Of a stretch of DNA of 64,000 nt, positions 57,080 through 64,000 are shown piece by piece (the stretch's first letter is position 1; each line of letters starts with the position of its first letter). The stretch comes from Planctomycetota bacterium (GTDB lineage Bacteria > Planctomycetota > UBA1135 > UBA2386): the NCBI GenBank assembly GCA_046290465.1, contig JBKAGP010000001.1:5504001-5568000 (forward strand), in the 5' to 3' direction. A model generated the notes under the pieces. That model had not been told where the DNA came from. It ran no database searches and saw only the letters and a list, made by a program, of their open reading frames with translations. The translations under genes and the position numbers were made by a program.

Positions 57080-57637
57080 CTACTTGCTCAGCAGCTTGTC
57101 GACGGTGTCGCTCAGGCTCTTCATGCCGGCGCTCTTGCCGATCGCCATCGCCTCGTCCTTGCTCTTGCCGTCGATCCACGCGGCCTTCAGCGCGAACATC
57201 GCGCCGACCCGGTTGCTCGAGCCACAGCTGACCAGCACGGTCTCGTCGCCGTAGCTGTCGAGCTTGCTCGCGAACGCCTCGACGTTCTCGCGGGTCAGGC
57301 CCTTGCCGCCCGCGATCTCCAGGCGCTCGAACCGGACGTCGGCCTTGGCGGCGCGCTCCTCTTCCCAGCCGGTGCCGCTCTCGCCCTTGGTGCGCAGGTG
57401 CAGCACGTGGGTGATGCCGGCGGCCTCGAGCTTGTCGAACTGCTCCTCGGTCGGCTGCCCCGAGCAGAACACGTGGTCCATCGGCGCCGACGGGTTCTTG
57501 ATGCCCAGCTGCTCGAGCGTGGCGACGTCGCCGCCAGCCTGGCCGCTGCCTTGCTCGTGGTCACCGGATTCGGGGGAACTGCAGGCGGCGGCGAGGGTCA
57601 TCGCGGCGGCCAGGGGCAGGGCTAGGTAGCGTCGCAT
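57080..57637 (-). CDS. DUF442/tyrosine-phosphatase-like (sulfur transferase) lipoprotein
   Basis: Lipobox LAAAC; SGQPT; LHLR; VSCGSSNRVG. Confidence 0.8.
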   Translation of the reverse strand: MRRYLALPLAAAMTLAAACSSPESGDHEQGSGQAGGDVATLEQLGIKNPSAPMDHVFCSGQPTEEQFDKLEAAGITHVLHLRTKGESGTGWEEERAAKADVRFERLEIAGGKGLTRENVEAFASKLDSYGDETVLVSCGSSNRVGAMFALKAAWIDGKSKDEAMAIGKSAGMKSLSDTVDKLLSK

Positions 57638-57784
57638 GCGCACAGCTAACCATGCCAACGACGGATTCCCAACAGCCGGCCCGTTCCCAACCAGCCAACC
57701 CCCGTCGGGTGACCTCCGGCAGCGGTTCTGCGTAGGGGGAACGCCCGTTGCGAGGGTGCGGCATCGGGACCGATGGCGGGGGAG

Positions 57785-59491
57785 ATGAGAAGCCTCTGGT
57801 GGGCCCCCCTGGCGCTGACGGTTGCGTGCAGCCGCCCGCCCGCGCCGGGCGACGACTGCGAGCTGTGCGCCGGCGACGTCGGTGCGGCACAGGCTGCGGG
57901 CGGCGCACCGGAGCAGGCGTCGTCGGTGCTGTTCGACACCAGCGACTTCCCGCCGAGGTGGTACTGCGGCACCTGGTCGGACGTGCACGGTTGGGTGCAC
58001 ATCTTCGCGGACGTCGCGACCTGGCTCGCCTACATGGCGATCCCGACGATGCTGCTGCTGATCATCCGCAAGCGGTCCGACATCCCGTTCCCGGGCCTGC
58101 TGGCGCTGTTCGGCGCGTTCATCATCTGCTGCGGCGCGACCCACCTGCTCGAAGCGGTGATGTTCTGGTGGCCGGCGTACCGGTTCATGGGACTGGTCAA
58201 GGTGCTGACCGCCGGGATCTCGGTGATCACGGCCGTCGTGCTGGTGTTCGAGCTGCCCAAGTTCTTCCAGATGCGCTCGCCCAAGCAGCTCGAGGACGAG
58301 GTGTCGCGACGCACGGCCGAACTCGAACAGGCGCGCGTCGCCGCCCAGGCCGCCGCCGAGGCGCGCGCGCGCTTCACCGCCAACGTCAGCCACGAGCTGC
58401 GCACGCCGATGGCGGCGATCCTCGGCTTCGCCGAGCTGCTCGACCACGACACGCGGCTCGCGCCCGAGCATCGCGACCGGCTCGGCGTGATCCGGCGCAA
58501 CGGCGAGCACCTGATCTCGGTGATCAACGACGTGCTCGACCTGTCGCGCAGCGACGCGGGCATGATGCCGATCGCGTCCGAGCCGACCGACGTGCAGCTG
58601 CTGCTGTCGGACGCGGTCGAGATGTTCGCGGCGCAGGCGCGCAGCAAGGGGCTGCAGCTGCTGCGGTCGCTGCCGGCCGAACGCACGACGCTGGTGGTCG
58701 ATCCCAAGCGGCTGCGGCAGATCGTCATCAACCTGGTCGGCAACGCGATCAAGTTCACCGACCGCGGTGAGGTCGAGGTGCACGCCGAGGTGCTCGCCGG
58801 TGCGAGTCCCGAGTCGGCGCGGCTGCGCCTCGACGTGCGCGACAGCGGCATCGGCATGAGTGATGCGCAGGCGGCGAAGGTGTTCGACGAGTACGCGCAG
58901 GCGGACGACACGATGTCGCGCCGGTTCGGCGGCAGCGGGCTCGGCCTGACGATCAGCAAGCGCTTCGCCGATGCGATGGCCGGCGAGCTGTCCGTGCTGC
59001 GCTCGGCGCCCGGCGAGGGCACCACGATGCGCCTCGAACTCGAGCTGCAGCGCGCCGCGCCGGCGGCGGCGGCGCGGCCATCGGGTGCTGCGGCCGCTGC
59101 CCTGCCGCGGCTCGACGCGCGCCGCATCCTGGTCGTCGACGACGCGCCCGACAACCGCACGCTGCTGCAGACGGTGTTGTCGGCGTCGGGTGCCGAGGTC
59201 GATTGCGCCGACGACGGGCAATCGGCGCTCGACCTGCTGGGCGCGGTCGGCGGCTCGCCGTTCGACCTCGTGCTGATGGACCTGCAGATGCCGCGCGTCG
59301 ACGGCCTCGAGGCGACGCGTCGGCTGCGCGCCGGCGGGGACCGCACGCCGATCCTGGCGCTGACGGCCAACGCCAGCGACGAGGATCGCGCGGCGACGCT
59401 CGCGGCCGGCTGCGACGGCCACCTCAGCAAGCCGATCCGGCGCGCTGCGCTGCTGCAGGCGGTGGCCGCGGCACTTTCGGATCCGGGGTAG
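57785..59491 (+). CDS. Hybrid histidine kinase/response regulator with ETR1-like ethylene-binding TM domain
   Basis: DVATWLAYMAIP, FGAFIICCGATHL, KVLTAGIS; SHELRTP, GNAIKFT, GGSGLGL; receiver LVVDD, LMDLQMP, SKP (alternative start 57773). Confidence 0.88.
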   Translation: MRSLWWAPLALTVACSRPPAPGDDCELCAGDVGAAQAAGGAPEQASSVLFDTSDFPPRWYCGTWSDVHGWVHIFADVATWLAYMAIPTMLLLIIRKRSDIPFPGLLALFGAFIICCGATHLLEAVMFWWPAYRFMGLVKVLTAGISVITAVVLVFELPKFFQMRSPKQLEDEVSRRTAELEQARVAAQAAAEARARFTANVSHELRTPMAAILGFAELLDHDTRLAPEHRDRLGVIRRNGEHLISVINDVLDLSRSDAGMMPIASEPTDVQLLLSDAVEMFAAQARSKGLQLLRSLPAERTTLVVDPKRLRQIVINLVGNAIKFTDRGEVEVHAEVLAGASPESARLRLDVRDSGIGMSDAQAAKVFDEYAQADDTMSRRFGGSGLGLTISKRFADAMAGELSVLRSAPGEGTTMRLELELQRAAPAAAARPSGAAAAALPRLDARRILVVDDAPDNRTLLQTVLSASGAEVDCADDGQSALDLLGAVGGSPFDLVLMDLQMPRVDGLEATRRLRAGGDRTPILALTANASDEDRAATLAAGCDGHLSKPIRRAALLQAVAAALSDPG

Positions 59492-59526
59492 TTGCGCGTC
59501 GTCGCGGCGCTTGCTCAGGTGCTCGG

Positions 59527-61665
59527 GTGAACCACCTCGCCGGAGTGCTCGTCACGTTCGTCGCGATCTGCGCGGTCCCCGCGCAGCAGACCGACTGGCT
59601 GCTCGACCCGTCGCCGTTCCGGGCGCAGCTGCGCGAACAGGGCGGCGAGATCCTGCTCGAGAACGGCCTGCTGCGGCTGCGCGTGCAGCAGCACCCGCTG
59701 GCGCTGGTCGGGATCGAGCAGCTGACCAGTGGCCAGCAGCTGCTGCGCGCCGCCGCACCGCTCGGCGAGTTCACCGTCGACGGCGCGGTCGAGCGCGTCG
59801 GCGGACTCGTCGGCCAGCCGAACCGGGCGTTCTTGTTGCCGGAGTGGCTGCCGGAGATGCCGCGCGACCCGCTGGCGATCGACGCGCGCGCGACGCTCGC
59901 CGACGGCGAACTCGAGGAGCGGTTCGCCTGGAAGCGCACCCGCCACGCCAGCCCGCACGCCAACTGGCCGCCGACCGGCAAGCGCGCCAGCTGGACGGTC
60001 GATGCCGGCGACCACTCGGTCACCGTGCACCTCGAGCTCTACGACGGCCTGCCGCTGTTCTGCCACTGGCTCGAGTGGCACAACGACGGCGACCGGCCGC
60101 GCACGATCGACCGGTTCACGTCCTTGCGGCTGCCGATCGTCGAGGCCGAGTCGCGGGTCGAGCCGCAGCGCATGGGCGTGCAGCTGCCCAACCTCTACGT
60201 CGAGACCGACTTCAGCTTCCGCGCGATGACCGGCGCCGACGGCAGCTCGCACTGCGTGCGCTGGACCACGGACCCCGAGTTCGGCACCCAGGTCAACTAC
60301 CGCAAGGAGACGCTGTGCATGCTCGACGTCGGCCCCGAGATCGGGCCGGCGCAGACGGTGGCGCCCGAGCAGACGTTCTCGACGTTCCGCACCTTCGTGC
60401 TGGCGCCGGACAGCGAGGATCGCGAACGGCGCTCGCTGGCGCAGCGGCGGATGTACCGCACGATCGCGCCGTGGAGCACCGAGAACCCGCTGATGATGCA
60501 CGTGCGCAGCGCCGAGCCCGACAAGGTGCGCGCGGCGATCGACCAGTGCGCCGAGGTCGGCTTCGAGATGGTGATCCTGACGTTCGGCAGCGGCTTCGAC
60601 ATCGAGGACGACAGCCAGCAGAACCTCGACCGCTGCAAGCAGCTGGCCGACTACGCGCACGAGCGCGGCGTGCAGCTCGGCGGCTATTCGCTGCTCAGCA
60701 GCCGCAAGATCGAGCCGGAGACCGACAACTGCATCAACAAGCAGACCGGCAAGCCCGGCGGCCAGGTGTTCGGACACGCGCCGGCGTTGGCCAGCAAGTG
60801 GGGGCAGGACTACTTCGCGAAGCTCTACCGCTTCTACGAGTACACCGGCTTCGACCTGCTCGAGCACGACGGCAGCTACCCGGGCGATCCGGACGCGATG
60901 GCGCGGCCGCCGCTGCAGAAGGGCTACGAGGACTCGCGCTGGGTGCAGTACCGGATCATCACCGACTTCTACAAGTGGTGCCGGGCGCGCGGCGTCTACC
61001 TCAACGTGCCGGACTGGTACTTCCTCAACGGCAGCAGCAAGACCGGCATGGGCTACCGCGAGACCAACTGGTCGCTGCCGCGCCGCCAGCAGGTGATCCA
61101 CACCCGCCAGAACCTGTTCGACGGCACCCGGGAGAAGAACGCGTCGATGGGCTGGATGTTCGTGCCGCTGACGCAGTACCACGGCGGCGGAGCCGCGGCG
61201 ACGATCGAGCCGCTGGCGGAGCACCTCGACCACTACCGCCGCATGTTCGAGAGCAACCTCGGCTACGGCGCGCAGGCGTGCTGGCGGGGGCCGCGGCTCT
61301 ACGACACCGACGCGACCAAGGCGATGGTCAAGGCGCAGGTGCAGTGGTTCTTGCAGTACCGGATGATCCTCGAGAGCGACGTCATCCACTCGAGTTCGCG
61401 CCGGCCCGACGGCCGCGACGTCGACTGGGTGCTGCACAGCAACCCCAACTGCGACCCGCCCGGTATGATGGTCGCGTTCAACCCGACGCCGGCGCGCCGC
61501 AAGCGCGTCGTGCCGCTCGACCTGTACTACACCGGCCTGCAGGGCCGCGCGATCGCGACCAACCAGGACGGCGAGACCTACGACCTGCGCTTCGATGCGC
61601 GTGGCCGCTGCGGCGTCGAGGTCGACGTGCCGGCTCTCGGCATGGTCTGGTTCACGTTCCGGTGA
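59527..61665 (+). CDS. Secreted glycoside hydrolase, alpha-galactosidase (GH36-like)
   Basis: GTG start, signal ending VPAQ; APWSTENPLMMH, IDQCAEVGFEMVILTFGSG, EHDGSYPGD. Confidence 0.65.
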   Translation: MNHLAGVLVTFVAICAVPAQQTDWLLDPSPFRAQLREQGGEILLENGLLRLRVQQHPLALVGIEQLTSGQQLLRAAAPLGEFTVDGAVERVGGLVGQPNRAFLLPEWLPEMPRDPLAIDARATLADGELEERFAWKRTRHASPHANWPPTGKRASWTVDAGDHSVTVHLELYDGLPLFCHWLEWHNDGDRPRTIDRFTSLRLPIVEAESRVEPQRMGVQLPNLYVETDFSFRAMTGADGSSHCVRWTTDPEFGTQVNYRKETLCMLDVGPEIGPAQTVAPEQTFSTFRTFVLAPDSEDRERRSLAQRRMYRTIAPWSTENPLMMHVRSAEPDKVRAAIDQCAEVGFEMVILTFGSGFDIEDDSQQNLDRCKQLADYAHERGVQLGGYSLLSSRKIEPETDNCINKQTGKPGGQVFGHAPALASKWGQDYFAKLYRFYEYTGFDLLEHDGSYPGDPDAMARPPLQKGYEDSRWVQYRIITDFYKWCRARGVYLNVPDWYFLNGSSKTGMGYRETNWSLPRRQQVIHTRQNLFDGTREKNASMGWMFVPLTQYHGGGAAATIEPLAEHLDHYRRMFESNLGYGAQACWRGPRLYDTDATKAMVKAQVQWFLQYRMILESDVIHSSSRRPDGRDVDWVLHSNPNCDPPGMMVAFNPTPARRKRVVPLDLYYTGLQGRAIATNQDGETYDLRFDARGRCGVEVDVPALGMVWFTFR

Positions 61666-61729
61666 ACGGCCGCGGCCCGATCGCTGCCGTGGGGTGGCCT
61701 GGCGGCCGCCGCGGTGCCATCCTGTCGGC

Positions 61730-62947
61730 ATGCAAAGCCGCGACTTCATCGAGCAGGAGAGCGCCTTCGGCGCGCGCAACTACCACCCGCTGGACGTCGT
61801 CATCAGCCGCGCCAGCGGGGTGTGGGTGTGGGACGTCGAGGGCAACAAGTACATGGACTGCCTGGCTGCCTACTCGGCGGTCAACCAGGGCCACTGCCAC
61901 CCGAAGATCGTCGCGACGCTGCGGGACCAGGCGGAGAAGTGCACGCTGACGTCGCGCGCGTTCTACAACGACCAGCTCGGGCCCTTCTACGAGCAGTTGA
62001 GCAAGCTGCTCGGCTACCAGAAGGTGCTGCCGATGAACACCGGCGCCGAGGCGGTCGAGACCGCGATCAAGGCGGCGCGTCGCTGGGGCTATCGCAACAA
62101 GGGCCTCGCCGACGGCAGCGCGGAGATCCTGGTGTTCGACGGCAACTTCCACGGCCGCACCACGACGATCGTCGGCTTCTCGAGCGACGACGGCTACAAG
62201 GCGGGCTTCGGGCCGTTCACGCCGGGCTTCCGCTGCGTTCCGTACGGGGACCTCGCGGCGGTCGAGCAGGCGATGAACGGCAACGTCGTCGCGATGCTGA
62301 TCGAGCCGATCCAGGGCGAGGCCGGCATCGTGATGCCGCCGAAGGGCTACCTCGAGGGCCTGCGCGCGCTCGCCGACCGGCACGACTGCCTTTTGATCTG
62401 CGACGAGATCCAGGCCGGCCTCGGCCGCACCGGCAAGCTGCTGTGCAGCCAGCACGAGGATGCGCGGCCGGACCTGGTGATCCTCGGCAAGGCGCTGTCG
62501 GGCGGCGCCTACCCGGTGTCGGCGGTCGTCGGCGACGAGCGCGTGCTGGGCGTGTTCGAGCCCGGCAGCCACGGCTCGACCTACGGCGGCAACCCGCTCG
62601 GCGCCGCGGTGGCGCGCACCGCGCTGTCGGTGCTGGTCGACGAGGGCATGGTCGAGAACTCGCGCGAGCTGGGCGCCTACGCGCTCGAGCGGCTGCAGAA
62701 GCTGTCGTCGCCGCACCTGCGGGAGGTGCGCGGCCTCGGCCTGTGGATCGGCCTCGAGGTCACCGAGGAGACCGGCGGCGCGCGGCCGTTCTGCGAGGCG
62801 CTGCGCGATCGTGGCCTCTTGTGCAAGGAGACCCACGACTACGTGATCCGCTTCGCGCCGCCGCTGATGATCAGCCGAGAGGATCTCGACTGGGCGCTGG
62901 TGCAGCTGGAGGCGGTGCTGCAGGGCCCGGTTCCGGCGAAGGCCTGA
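61730..62947 (+). CDS. rocD: Ornithine--oxo-acid aminotransferase
   Basis: NYHPL, YSAVNQGHCHP, PMNTGAEAVETAIK, DEIQAGLGRTG, LGKALSGG, HGSTYGGNPL. Confidence 0.93.
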   Translation: MQSRDFIEQESAFGARNYHPLDVVISRASGVWVWDVEGNKYMDCLAAYSAVNQGHCHPKIVATLRDQAEKCTLTSRAFYNDQLGPFYEQLSKLLGYQKVLPMNTGAEAVETAIKAARRWGYRNKGLADGSAEILVFDGNFHGRTTTIVGFSSDDGYKAGFGPFTPGFRCVPYGDLAAVEQAMNGNVVAMLIEPIQGEAGIVMPPKGYLEGLRALADRHDCLLICDEIQAGLGRTGKLLCSQHEDARPDLVILGKALSGGAYPVSAVVGDERVLGVFEPGSHGSTYGGNPLGAAVARTALSVLVDEGMVENSRELGAYALERLQKLSSPHLREVRGLGLWIGLEVTEETGGARPFCEALRDRGLLCKETHDYVIRFAPPLMISREDLDWALVQLEAVLQGPVPAKA

Positions 62948-63022
62948 GCTCAGGCCTGCGAACGTCGGGCTCGCGGTGGCTGGCCGGGGGCCGGAGCGGC
63001 CCCCGCCCGGGCGCGGCTGGCT

Positions 63023-63301
63023 CTTGATGTGCTGCGAGACGAGCTTGGTCATCTCGAACATCGTGACCCGCTCCTTGCCGCCGAAGACCGCCTTGAGTGC
63101 GTCGTCGGCGACGATCTCGGTCTTCTTCTCCGGGTTCTGCAGGCCCTTGGACTTGATGTAGTCCCAGAGCTTCTTGGTGATCTCGCTGCGCGGGATCGGA
63201 TCCGAGCCGACCACGACGGCCAGGATCTCGTCCGGCTGCACGGGCTTCATCAGGGCCGGGTTGGGCTTGCGCTTCTTCTTCTCGGGCTGTTCTTCGGTCA
63301 T
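63023..63301 (-). CDS. SWIB/MDM2 domain protein, lacking its expected stop codon
   Basis: MTEEQPEKKKRKPNPALMKPVQP...RSEITKKLWDYIKSKGLQ...MFEMTKLVSQHIK; frame continues antisense through rocD. Confidence 0.85.
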
Positions 63302-63548
63302 CAGTTGGGCGGGGGTGGGAGAGAGGTGGGGTTCGCGTGAGCTGGCAAACGTGGCGCCGGCCGAACCCGGGTAATCTACCGATGATGGCCGCCGTTGACC
63401 CCTGAGCAAGGGTGAAGGCGGCGTCCCGGCAAGATTACGGTCCGGCCGTAACCGTGCCCGGGTCCGCTGCTGCTCACCGTAAGCGTGGCCCGAACGTCCC
63501 GCGCCAAGGGAGGCAGACATCGCGGCGGCCGGCGCCCAAGATGCCGGG

Positions 63549-64000
63549 ATGCGTCGGATCGCCCCGCTGATGGTCGCCCTGCTTTCTTCGGTCTCGGTCG
63601 CGCAGATGGACCCGCCGGAGCTCTGGTATCGCCGACCCGCCGAAAGCTGGACCCACGCGCTGCCGGTCGGCAACGGCAAGCTCGGCGCGATGGTGTTCGG
63701 CCGGACGGCGGCCGAACGCATCCAGCTGAACGTCGATTCGCTGTGGGCGGGCAAGCCGGTGCAGCGCGACCGCAAGGGTGCGCGGCGGCACCTGGAGCGG
63801 GCGCGCGCGCTGCTGTTCGACGGGGACTACCGCACCGCCGAGCAGCTGGTGCAGCGCGAGTTCCTGTCCGAGCGCTGGGTGCGCAGCCACCAGACGCTCG
63901 GCGACCTGCTGCTGACGTTCCCGGGGCACAAGCAGGTGACCGACTACCAGCGCCGCCTGGACCTGCGCACCGGCATCGCCACGACCACCTACAAGGTCGC
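63549..64000 (+). CDS. GH95 (alpha-L-fucosidase-like) glycoside hydrolase, 5' part
   Basis: Translated by hand: MRRIAPLMVALLSSVSVAQ..LWYRRPAESWTHALPVGNGKLGAMVFG...IQLNVDSLWAG...HQTLGDL. Confidence 0.85.
   Translation, partial: MRRIAPLMVALLSSVSVAQMDPPELWYRRPAESWTHALPVGNGKLGAMVFGRTAAERIQLNVDSLWAGKPVQRDRKGARRHLERARALLFDGDYRTAEQLVQREFLSERWVRSHQTLGDLLLTFPGHKQVTDYQRRLDLRTGIATTTYKV

Noticed and set aside
63302..63548. Possible sigma70 promoter (ttgacc near 63395) or small RNA in the divergent intergenic region
   Set aside because: No convincing -10 at the right spacing and no recognisable RNA family.

Overview
A very GC-rich, gene-dense chromosomal window, most likely from a Planctomycetota bacterium (inferred from the DUF1501/PPC/DUF1549 cassette, DUF1080, kinase-FGE fusion and FG-GAP proteins). 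About 49 protein genes can be supported; no rRNA, tRNA, CRISPR array or intact mobile element was seen. Most long ORFs in the track are antisense or off-frame GC shadows, so starts were re-called by eye. Main findings: (1) a DUF692/MNIO enzyme and partner gene lie downstream of a secreted 285-aa protein with a chryseobasin-like CPGCGMG motif near its C-terminus, a candidate new MNIO protein-modification system; (2) an FG-GAP/VCBS gene is interrupted by one in-frame TGA (W-U-C) followed by a SECIS-like hairpin, a candidate selenoprotein; (3) eight secreted proteins with mostly unrelated cargo share a C-terminal domain, a candidate sorting signal; (4) nearly all Sec-type signal peptides appear to expose an N-terminal Gln; (5) a hybrid kinase carries an ETR1-like ethylene-binding domain. 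Smaller items include an orphan Rpn C-terminal remnant, a family of post-stop palindromes and a SWIB gene lacking its stop codon. All calls come from reading motifs; no searches were run.
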